Of a stretch of 32,000 nucleotides of DNA, positions 1-9,039 are shown in pieces; within the stretch, counting starts at the first letter, position 1, and the number at the start of each line of letters is the position of its first letter. A program made the position numbers and the translations under genes. Under the pieces are notes generated by a model that was not told the origin of the DNA, made no database searches, and saw only the letters and a program-made list of their open reading frames with translations. This stretch comes from Telmatocola sphagniphila. Lineage in GTDB: Bacteria > Planctomycetota > Planctomycetia > Gemmatales > Gemmataceae. The stretch lies in NCBI RefSeq assembly GCF_018398935.1, contig NZ_CP074694.1, positions 3,090,001 through 3,122,000 on the forward strand, given 5' to 3'.

Positions 1-132
1 GAACCTCGCCTGATGCTGCCATTGAGTTTGACTTACGATCACCGGGTCATCGATGGCGCCGACGGAGCTCGCTTCACCAGTCGCATTGCCTCCATGCTGG
101 CCGATCCCTCGCGTCTGATGTTCGAAAGTTAA
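1..132 (+). CDS. 2-oxoacid dehydrogenase complex E2 dihydrolipoamide acyltransferase, C-terminal fragment (5' end outside window)
   Basis: The frame is open from the window edge and ends at TAA 130-132. The translation [43 protein letters not shown] carries the DHRxxDG catalytic motif of E2 acyltransferases. An E3 gene follows in the same orientation. Confidence 0.85.
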   Translation, partial: EPRLMLPLSLTYDHRVIDGADGARFTSRIASMLADPSRLMFES

Positions 133-154
133 CTCGAGATAGAGCGGGTGGGGT

Positions 155-502
155 ATGATCGATTCCGAGGATGAACTCTATCCTCTCGATGATGATCGGC
201 CATCGAGAAATGCTGAGGAGACTCCTCTTCCCGTTAAACCTTTGGATCCTCGCCCGAGTCTGATCAATCCGGAACCGTTCGTTTCGTACGATCCGCCAAG
301 CTACAAGATCAAAGGGGATCGACCGAAAAAATCGCTGATCACGGTCTCCGCCGGAGCCTGGACTTCCTTCGCGATGATTCTGGCGGGCCTGGGAATAGCC
401 TATGCGGGGAAGGTCAATCCGGGTGTTACGATCGTCGGCATCGGGCTTTGTTTTGCAGGCGTTGTGAAGCTGCTATTGAATATTAAGGGTTACGAAGAAT
501 AA
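155..502 (+). CDS. Small membrane protein of unknown function (115 aa) located between the E2 and E3 genes
   Basis: An ATG ORF fills the E2-E3 gap, starting 22 nt after the E2 stop and ending 15 nt before the lpdA start. The N-terminal half is acidic and proline-rich. Two hydrophobic segments follow (AGAWTSFAMILAGLGIAYAG, VTIVGIGLCFAGVVKLLL). I recognise no family. Confidence 0.55.
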   Translation: MIDSEDELYPLDDDRPSRNAEETPLPVKPLDPRPSLINPEPFVSYDPPSYKIKGDRPKKSLITVSAGAWTSFAMILAGLGIAYAGKVNPGVTIVGIGLCFAGVVKLLLNIKGYEE

Positions 503-517
503 ATCACGAGTCCATCC

Positions 518-1945
<1,428 letters not shown>

Positions 1946-1960
1946 GGTTACGAAAAGCAG

Positions 1961-1989
1961 AATCCGTAAGAGGCTTTCGCTTACGGATT
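1961..1989. terminator. Stem-loop between the convergent lpdA and nucleoside transporter genes (possible bidirectional terminator)
   Basis: There is a perfect 10-bp inverted repeat, aatccgtaag (1961-1970) and cttacggatt (1980-1989), with a 9-nt loop. On the minus strand it is followed by ctgcttttcg. There is no clean T-run on the plus strand. The 3' arm overlaps the transporter stop codon. Confidence 0.45.
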
Positions 1990-3393
1990 AAAGAAATATT
2001 GAACGGGCTTTGGTTCCATTATCATCCCGGCAACCGCAGCGTTGATCAATGTGACCATATAGCCCACAAAAAGGGCTTTCAGTCCCAGTTTCGCCAAATC
2101 GGATCGCCTTCCCTCGGCCATGGCTCCAATGCCGCCGAGTTGAATTCCAATCGAAGCGAAATTCGCGAAACCGCTCAAGGCGTAAACGGTCAGAAGTTGC
2201 GATCGTTGGCTCAGGCAAACCGTGTCCTGAATGGCCGCGCCCACCACTCCCATGCCTGCTCCCATCCCGAGCTTCATGGTGGGATTCATCCCAAGCACGG
2301 CGTCCTTCGTGAACTTCACGTAGGCCACATGTTCATTCGCCGCGAGTTTAATTCCCAGCAGGCTCCCCACGCGTTCCGATTCACTCGGTTCAATCCCCAT
2401 GAGGATGGCCACCGGCTGGAACAGAATCCCCATGATTTTCTGGATGCTCCATTCCGGCCAAATCGAACCGATAATGGCATCGAAAAGGGCAATGAAGGCC
2501 AGAAAGGCGATGAGCATGGCCGCGACGTTCATCGCCAGAAACAGACCGTCTTTCACGCCGCCAGCCGCCGCATCGATGGCGTTGGCATGAGTCCGCGGCA
2601 CTTTGATATCCGCACCGTCGGATGTTTCTGGTGTATCAATTTCCGGCATGACCAGTTTGCTCAAATAGAGACTGCATGGACACGCGATAATGCAGGTGCA
2701 GAGAATCGAAACCGGATCAGCCCCGTAAGAGATATAAACGGCCATCATTCCCCCAGAGATGTGAGCCATGCCGCTCGCCATCAGCGTTAGCAATTCGGAT
2801 TTTGTCATGCGGGGAATAAAGGGTTTCACGATCAAAGGAGCTTCCGTCTGACCCATGAATACGTTGGCGGAAACGGACAACGTTTCCGCTCCGCTAGTTC
2901 CCATCACGTAACGCATGAGGAAAGCAAAAAAGCGAACAATCAACTGCAGAACGCCGAGATAATAGAGCACGCTGAAGAAAGACGAAATAAAGATGATCGG
3001 CGGCAATGCTTTAAATGCAAAAACAAAGCCGGAAGGTCCGCCCGGTTTGGAGAGCGATCCAAAGACGAAATCGGCGCCTACATCGGAACAGGCGATGAGC
3101 GTTTTAATTCCCTCCCCCACAACCTCGAAAACTCGTCGCACGTCATCGAATTTCAACACCGCATAAGCGAGACTGAATTGAAGCAGAATCCCCCAGAACA
3201 GGGTCTTAAGTTTGACACGCTGGAGATTATTCGAAAAAGCGGCGGCTGTACCTAGAAAGCACAAAAACCCTAGAGCTGATTGCCCGCGGTGGCCCAGTTT
3301 CTCCGCATAGGCAATCGTGAAAACGATCAGACCAGCTACGACTACGCTAATGCCCAATCGCAGAGGTAGCGGCGTGCCAACCGTTGGGTTCAT
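1981..3393 (-). CDS. NupC/CNT-family concentrative nucleoside transporter
   Basis: 470 aa polytopic membrane protein. The central block GFVFAFKALPPIIFISSFFSVLYYLGVLQLIVRFFAFLMRYVMGTSGAETLSVSANVFMGQTEAPLIVKPFI is characteristic of the NupC/CNT family. The ATG start is at 3393. Confidence 0.85.
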   Translation of the reverse strand: MNPTVGTPLPLRLGISVVVAGLIVFTIAYAEKLGHRGQSALGFLCFLGTAAAFSNNLQRVKLKTLFWGILLQFSLAYAVLKFDDVRRVFEVVGEGIKTLIACSDVGADFVFGSLSKPGGPSGFVFAFKALPPIIFISSFFSVLYYLGVLQLIVRFFAFLMRYVMGTSGAETLSVSANVFMGQTEAPLIVKPFIPRMTKSELLTLMASGMAHISGGMMAVYISYGADPVSILCTCIIACPCSLYLSKLVMPEIDTPETSDGADIKVPRTHANAIDAAAGGVKDGLFLAMNVAAMLIAFLAFIALFDAIIGSIWPEWSIQKIMGILFQPVAILMGIEPSESERVGSLLGIKLAANEHVAYVKFTKDAVLGMNPTMKLGMGAGMGVVGAAIQDTVCLSQRSQLLTVYALSGFANFASIGIQLGGIGAMAEGRRSDLAKLGLKALFVGYMVTLINAAVAGMIMEPKPVQYFFNP

Positions 3394-3496
3394 GCTCTTT
3401 CCTGGTGAATAGCAATGGAAGACGGATTCAACGTGTCGTTAAATCCATCAAAATTTCTTACACAGAGAGGTAATTAACTGCAAGCAATTAAATGGT

Positions 3497-6400
3497 TTAC
3501 TTCGATTCGAATATAAATTGAAGCGAAGTTTCGTCCAATTGGGCCGGCATCCAGCTACGAACTTTCAACGACTCCTTCTTCTTGGAATCGGCCGAGATCT
3601 TCAGAAGGACCTCAAAATTAGTACCATTTTTTCGAATGACCCAGGTCGCGGGACAACTCAGAGAACTGGTTTGGTATACAGTGACTCGCCGCCCTTCCCC
3701 GGCCACAGCAATTAGGCTCGTCGAAGCCAAGGTTTGAGATTCCGTCAGGGTCGAAAACTTTTTCGGCGATTCGATCCACTTCGGCGGAGTCGTCGAAGTA
3801 GCTACTAGTAACCAGGTTTGCTGGCCATCGGGAGCCTGAAGCGAATAATCTCTTTCGAGACCGTTCATCGAGGAGGAAGCCAGTGGTCGCGGCTTCTCCG
3901 AGATCTGAAGCGGCTCCGCCGAATCGCTCTTAACGCGATACCGGAAGGTCGGCAGCCCGTCTTTATCGAGAGCATAACCCTCGAAGTTCAGCCGCGGTTC
4001 ACCATCGAATCGCTTCAGGTCGGGTAAGCGAGCCCCGTACGCGGGATCGTTCTTGCGAGTTTTAAAGTCAGGTGCTTCATTACTGGAAGTTGCCGCCCAG
4101 GGATTCACCTCGGGTGCGGCCCAGATTTTTGTACCCAGGATCTTGGCGGGGGCACCACCGCGATCATTCCATACGGGGGAGGCATCGAGGAAGTTGCCCG
4201 ACCAGACATAGGCCGTGCGACAAGTGGCCGCATCGAAGACCATATTCAGATGCCCCGGGTAGCCGACGGCGATGCTCCGGCTACCGGTTTCCGGCATGAA
4301 AGTCCGTAAAATCTCAGCTCGCTCCCGAACGGCGATGGTCACCCCCTTGGGCGGTTCAAGACCGAAGGGCAAGGGCATCGTCGGTCCGAGGGACATATAG
4401 GCCCACATGGCATCGGCCTGCTTATGGCTGTCACCTCCCAGCAAGTTGGGAAGCGGTGATTTACCGTTCACGAAGATCTGCGGCATACGCGTATTCGGAG
4501 CCATCCGCTGCGGTTGCTCCAGCCAGCGGAGATACCAATCGTATCGGACGCGTTGATTGGTCGTCGCCAGATCCGGCCCACGCGTACCCGTGTTCGGAAT
4601 ACCCGCAATATCGTGGCAGGAAATACAGCCCAGGCCATTTTTCCCAACCATCAGCCGTCCTGCATCCAGCAGTTCCTTGGAAGGAGCCACTACCTGAATC
4701 GAATCGTCCGGCTCGGCGGCTTCGACCCGGCTCAAGCCTTCCACAAGAAATTGGATATTGGCGGAGCCATACTGCGGCATTCGAAGCCCCATCCAGGGAC
4801 GCGAACGCCCCGATTCCAACAGCAGTTGCCGGAACCAACTCGTTCTCAATTTGTGGCCGACGCCCGTAAGAACGGGCGGCCGAATATCATCGACATTTTC
4901 GGCTTTTTCCGATTTCTTAATCAGCTCCGCCAGATCATTCGAAATCCCGCCTTCTCCGTCGCGCTGATGGCAGTTCAGACAGGCAAATCGTTTGAAGGCC
5001 AGACTTGTTTGATAGGAAGTGGCTTTATTTCCCGGCCAGACTTGTTTCGATTTCAAGAAGGTCTGCAAAGCCGTTTTCTGATTTTCGTTGAGACTGTAGC
5101 GCGGACCTTTGGAGTGGGTGAGTGAAGTACAACCGGGTTGCGTGCTGGCCCGAATTTCTTCCAGTGCCGGATATTTACCGACGGACAGCTTGGATCCTGG
5201 AGTTTCGATAATGTGACAATTCACGCAGCCCTTGGTGGCAACCAATTTCTGCCCGATAATTTGCCACTGCTTTGCCGAATCCACTTTGGCGAATTCCGCT
5301 TTCTCTTTATCGGTAGAGACCGCCTTGCTGACCAGACCAGCGGAAGGCGGCTGATTCAGCGCGGACATGGCGGGAAGCTGTTCGGTCGATTGCAGGAGAT
5401 AACGGGCTATGTTGACGGTATCCGCGCCCGCGAGATTCATGTTCGGCATACGGCCATGCGGATTCGTATAGAGCGGATTCTGCAAGTACTCGATGAGAGA
5501 CTGTTCCGTAAATTTGCTCCCGACAGTGCCCAGAGGATATTCCCAGGATACCGCCGCCACACCTCCAAAACCATAGACGCCTGTGTCCAGCTTGTCCTTG
5601 GAGATCGCTTTGGGATGACAGGCAACGCAGCCGATGGATGTAAACAGGGTCTGCCCGGCATTGATTGATTTCAGGAAGTCCTGCGGTCGGCTTTTGTTTG
5701 CGGGCCGATTCGAGGAGTTCCCCAACGTCGACAGATACGCCGTCACGGCTTTCGCTTCCGCTCTGCCTTCTTCATCATCAGCGAATAATTTAGGCATCGC
5801 GGTGGAGGGACGAAGCTTAGTAGGATCCAACAGCCAGCTGTGTAGCCAGTTGGCGTTCGTCCGGCTAGCAATCTTCGAAAGATTCGGGCCCGTGCGATCC
5901 GGAATCCCCGCCTTCACCGGGTCGCCACTTGTATGGCATTTGGAGCAGGCCATTTCTTCAAACAAAAACCGGCCGTATTCCGTCGAATTCGAAGCAGAAA
6001 TATCTTTAGGTAGTGTGGCCAGTTGATGGCCGAGGACGGAGGGTGGAATCGTTTCCCGGCGGGATTCCGGGGCCTTCCAGAAAAGCTCCAATCGTCCGGG
6101 GGAGGTCGTCGCGGTGTATTCCAGGGTGATCGGCCAGATTCCCGATTGCAGTTCCAGGGGAGCCGATGTCACATTGGTTCCAGTGGAAATGACATTATCA
6201 AAAACACTCTTCGAGCCAATTTTGAACGTCAACTTACCGTTGAGATTAGCGTCGAAACGGTAGGAACCATTACGCAAAATACTCAATGTTCCCTGCCATT
6301 TGACGGTGTATTTGCTGACGTCTATTACCGGATGCGGACTTTCACCGCTCGGAACGTTTAAAGCGATCATCGGTTCCAGTCGCTGAACCCGATTTTGAGC

Positions 6401-6544
6401 ATCCTGATATTCGACCAGAATCCCCGGCTTGATTTGATCTGGTTCGATGTCCTGAACTCGATTCGAATCCACAGCACCGACGGAGACGGGAAGTATCAGT
6501 GCGTAACTGAGGAGAATAGCAAGTCGCATCATAGAAAGAGCCAT
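3497..6544 (-). CDS. Secreted PA14-like domain / five-heme c-type cytochrome with a large uncharacterised C-terminal domain (1015 aa)
   Basis: The N-terminal signal peptide is MALSMMRLAILLSYALILPVSVGA. An N-terminal ~150 aa region looks PA14-like (YTVKWQGTL...GSYRF...ITLEYTAT...LELFWKAP). Five CxxCH motifs are present (CSKCH, CVACH, CVNCH, CLNCH, CISCH). Most are followed by an (R)MP motif (AMPKLF, GRMPNM, LRMPQY, TRMPQI) that could supply the distal Met ligand. The last ~300 aa have no heme motif. Confidence 0.8.
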   Translation of the reverse strand: MALSMMRLAILLSYALILPVSVGAVDSNRVQDIEPDQIKPGILVEYQDAQNRVQRLEPMIALNVPSGESPHPVIDVSKYTVKWQGTLSILRNGSYRFDANLNGKLTFKIGSKSVFDNVISTGTNVTSAPLELQSGIWPITLEYTATTSPGRLELFWKAPESRRETIPPSVLGHQLATLPKDISASNSTEYGRFLFEEMACSKCHTSGDPVKAGIPDRTGPNLSKIASRTNANWLHSWLLDPTKLRPSTAMPKLFADDEEGRAEAKAVTAYLSTLGNSSNRPANKSRPQDFLKSINAGQTLFTSIGCVACHPKAISKDKLDTGVYGFGGVAAVSWEYPLGTVGSKFTEQSLIEYLQNPLYTNPHGRMPNMNLAGADTVNIARYLLQSTEQLPAMSALNQPPSAGLVSKAVSTDKEKAEFAKVDSAKQWQIIGQKLVATKGCVNCHIIETPGSKLSVGKYPALEEIRASTQPGCTSLTHSKGPRYSLNENQKTALQTFLKSKQVWPGNKATSYQTSLAFKRFACLNCHQRDGEGGISNDLAELIKKSEKAENVDDIRPPVLTGVGHKLRTSWFRQLLLESGRSRPWMGLRMPQYGSANIQFLVEGLSRVEAAEPDDSIQVVAPSKELLDAGRLMVGKNGLGCISCHDIAGIPNTGTRGPDLATTNQRVRYDWYLRWLEQPQRMAPNTRMPQIFVNGKSPLPNLLGGDSHKQADAMWAYMSLGPTMPLPFGLEPPKGVTIAVRERAEILRTFMPETGSRSIAVGYPGHLNMVFDAATCRTAYVWSGNFLDASPVWNDRGGAPAKILGTKIWAAPEVNPWAATSSNEAPDFKTRKNDPAYGARLPDLKRFDGEPRLNFEGYALDKDGLPTFRYRVKSDSAEPLQISEKPRPLASSSMNGLERDYSLQAPDGQQTWLLVATSTTPPKWIESPKKFSTLTESQTLASTSLIAVAGEGRRVTVYQTSSLSCPATWVIRKNGTNFEVLLKISADSKKKESLKVRSWMPAQLDETSLQFIFESK

Positions 6545-6626
6545 GGCAGGAAGGATTCAACTGACGGCGATTATCGAATTAGTAGTAGCAAAATGAAAGC
6601 AAAAATTCGCGATTCGTCGGAGATTT

Positions 6627-6659
6627 AAAAGAAAAAGGCGAAGAATTACTCTTCGCCTT
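6627..6659 (-). terminator. Rho-independent terminator downstream of tatA
   Basis: The minus strand reads AAGGCGAAGA-gtaat-TCTTCGCCTT, a 10-bp stem with a 5-nt loop (plus coordinates 6635-6659). It is immediately followed by TTTCTTTT. The hairpin begins 28 nt after the tatA stop. Confidence 0.75.
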
Positions 6660-6686
6660 CGCAGTTAGATTTTTTTTATTTAATCA

Positions 6687-7025
6687 TCAAACATGCTGCG
6701 GAGGAGTCGGGGCTTTTTCCTCGACTTTGGGAGCCGCTACGGGTGCGGGAGCATCATCGAACTTTGGGGCGGCCGCCGTGAGTCGCTGCGGCGGGCGGAG
6801 TGGTTCGGGATCAACCGTACGAGCCGCCGTCATGTTGGTCGGTTCGACTTCATCTTCCAGACCTTTGACACCCTTTTTGAATTCGGTGATGGTCTTGCCC
6901 AGCGATCGGCCGATTTCCGGCAGCCGACGTCCGAAGAGCAGAATGCCCACGACCAGCAGCACGATCATCATGCCCGGACCGGGGACAAAATTCGCAAAAA
7001 TAGCATTCATCAAACGGTTCCTCAT
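6687..7025 (-). CDS. tatA: Twin-arginine translocase subunit TatA/E family
   Basis: The sequence has a single N-terminal TM helix plus an amphipathic helix (MMIVLLVVGILLFGRRLPEIGRSLGKTITEFKKGVKGL), which matches the TatA signature (hydrophobic helix-FG-xxKLPxxG). The tail is Pro/Ala-rich. The true start may be the second ATG at 7010 (MNAIFANF...), which has an AGGA 8 nt upstream. Confidence 0.85.
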   Translation of the reverse strand: MRNRLMNAIFANFVPGPGMMIVLLVVGILLFGRRLPEIGRSLGKTITEFKKGVKGLEDEVEPTNMTAARTVDPEPLRPPQRLTAAAPKFDDAPAPVAAPKVEEKAPTPPQHV

Positions 7026-7182
7026 GTATCGAGGCAGGACCGATTAACCGAGGCTGAAGGTAGCCTCCATCGGCATAATTGAAAAGTGCTATAAGGCTTT
7101 TCAGCAGCACAAATTTATTCTAACACTCGGTCCCGCGGTCAGGCAAGCCGATAGCGGGGTATTTTCCCCCAGATCGGTCAGT

Positions 7183-8328
7183 TTATTTGAAGTTTTGCAC
7201 GCGAATTTGAACGTTGACCGCGAAATGGTCGCTAAAACCTCGCTCCCCCTCGGTCTTGGGATTGCCGAACGGAAAAGGTTCGCCCCGGCTGTTCTTGCCA
7301 GTTTTGCGCAGTTCCTTGGGAGCAAAAATCGCCGTCGTTTTGGGATCGCAGACCCAGCCTCGACCATCCAGCATGCCCCGGGAGACGCAAATATGGTCGA
7401 ATGTGCTCCAGTGTCCTTTGCCGTAGATGGTGCCTTTGATGGCTCCCGTGCCATCAAAGCGAGCGGACAGATCGAGCAGTTTCAACTGATCGCCCGCTTC
7501 CCCCCGGATCACCTCTTCGGGATCGTTGCTGGCGTGCAAGCCATGCTGCACCGAAGAATCTTTGAATTCATCGTTAAAGTCTCCACAGACGATGACATCG
7601 GCCTCGGGGTTAGATGTGGCAATTGCGCGGAATCGACCATAACAGGTTTCCGCATAGGTCATGCGATGGCTATCGGTATTCGCATTCACCCGGCTGGTCC
7701 AGTGCGCGGCGATAACCGTCAGATCGTAGCCGTTGACGTTGATATGCCCTTCAATCACCCGGCGATAACCATTCTTTCCCAGTTGCTGGGTGCGATTGGC
7801 ATCCACGGGTAAGCGCGTCAGGATAGCCGGGCCGAAACGTCGGCCGGTGTTGTCCGGTTTAAAGAGAATATTTTTGTAGGCCAGATTCTTGAGCCCTTTT
7901 GCTTCCAGAGCGGCATTAACCGATTGCCGGAGGGCATCGACTGATCGTTCGCTTTCCACTTCGCACATGCAAAGAATGTCGGGGCCGACGCCTTGATTCA
8001 TCATCATGATGGCTTCAGTCAAGTGTTTGACTTTCAGCTTGAACATATCGGGGTTCTTGGCATACCAGTTTTCCATTTCGTCGTGGCTTTTGGGATCGGC
8101 CTGATCATCGAAAAAGTTTTCCATGTTCCAGGTGCAGAACTGATAGACCTTGTAGTCGCCATCCCCGCCTCCGACCGCCGAGCTGTTACTGGTCGAATGA
8201 TCGCCGTTGGAGATTTTTCCCAGGAATTGTTCGGGATTGCAGCCCACTATCGTGGCGCAAAGAGCTCCGAGGAATATCGGAAAACCGAAAAGAAATCCTA
8301 CCCTGCTTTTGCAAATCAGCGCCCACAT
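7183..8328 (-). CDS. Endonuclease/exonuclease/phosphatase (EEP) family protein, probable lipoprotein
   Basis: 381 aa. The N-terminal signal has a lipobox-like ATIVGC. The EEP-type N-terminal motif FCTWNMENFFD is present, along with later DILCMCEVE, AAHWTSR and a C-terminal SDHFAV (the conserved SDH of EEP enzymes). An AGGAGG Shine-Dalgarno lies 7 nt upstream of the ATG at 8328. Confidence 0.75.
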   Translation of the reverse strand: MWALICKSRVGFLFGFPIFLGALCATIVGCNPEQFLGKISNGDHSTSNSSAVGGGDGDYKVYQFCTWNMENFFDDQADPKSHDEMENWYAKNPDMFKLKVKHLTEAIMMMNQGVGPDILCMCEVESERSVDALRQSVNAALEAKGLKNLAYKNILFKPDNTGRRFGPAILTRLPVDANRTQQLGKNGYRRVIEGHINVNGYDLTVIAAHWTSRVNANTDSHRMTYAETCYGRFRAIATSNPEADVIVCGDFNDEFKDSSVQHGLHASNDPEEVIRGEAGDQLKLLDLSARFDGTGAIKGTIYGKGHWSTFDHICVSRGMLDGRGWVCDPKTTAIFAPKELRKTGKNSRGEPFPFGNPKTEGERGFSDHFAVNVQIRVQNFK

Positions 8329-8466
8329 CCCTAAGCCTCCTGCTTATGGCGTGCCCCGTAACCCGACGAATGCAATCGCATCTTTGCCGAGTTTGAGCAA
8401 GTTCATCTGGACGGAATTTTTGACTTTGTGTATCGACTGGAGTGGTAACACCGAAGGAGGAATCTC

Positions 8467-8985
8467 ATGTATATTCGGTTAAGCTGGTTAACGCTGGTCG
8501 CCGGCGTAGGTCTGGGAATTTTCGGCACGATGGTTTTCGGAGGTTCTCCTCCGCCGTTCCATCATTTTACTCCCCAGCCTGCCTATGCTTCCAACGGCGA
8601 TCGCTTCCAGGAATATGTGATGATGTCCGGGGCGGCCTCCTTCAATCCGAAAGGGCAGACCGACTGTTTATGGCTGCTCGACAAGAAGAGCAACAAGCTG
8701 CTCGCAACCATTATCGACCGCACGAACGCTCGGATTCCCGGATGGACGGAAGTCTCTTTAGCGCAAGAATTCGGTGTGAATGAGAAAAACGAGCCTCATT
8801 TTTTGATGACTACGGGAATGATTGCTCAGGGACAGGCGGCTTTATACGTCGTTGAAACGAACACCGGAAAAATTGGAGTTTACACGTTGGGCGGAACCAG
8901 CGAAGCCCCGGGCTTCGTGATTCGACGCCACGACTTGGGTAGCTTCCGCGCTGAAGCGGTCGGCCTTCCAGAAAGATTGAAATAG
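8467..8985 (+). CDS. Hypothetical membrane-anchored protein (172 aa)
   Basis: The ATG is preceded by AAGGAGG 6 nt upstream. One N-terminal TM segment (LSWLTLVAGVGLGIFGTMVFG) is present. A strong terminator follows. I recognise no family. Confidence 0.65.
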   Translation: MYIRLSWLTLVAGVGLGIFGTMVFGGSPPPFHHFTPQPAYASNGDRFQEYVMMSGAASFNPKGQTDCLWLLDKKSNKLLATIIDRTNARIPGWTEVSLAQEFGVNEKNEPHFLMTTGMIAQGQAALYVVETNTGKIGVYTLGGTSEAPGFVIRRHDLGSFRAEAVGLPERLK

Positions 8986-9003
8986 TCTTCCCAGCGAATC
9001 GTC

Positions 9004-9031
9004 ATCCCGGGCCGAAGCCCGGGATTTTTTT
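9004..9031 (+). terminator. Rho-independent terminator after the 172-aa gene
   Basis: The sequence is atcccgggc-cgaa-gcccgggat, a 9-bp GC-rich stem with a tetraloop. It runs directly into a T7 tract. It starts 19 nt after the stop at 8985. Confidence 0.8.
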
Positions 9032-9039
9032 ATCCTAAA

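Noticed and set aside
8420-8448. Sigma70-like promoter TTGACT-N17-TGGTAA upstream of the 172-aa gene
   Set aside because: The -35 element is good, but the -10 candidate matches TATAAT at only 2 of 6 positions. Promoter consensus in this lineage is uncertain, so it is not reported as a feature.
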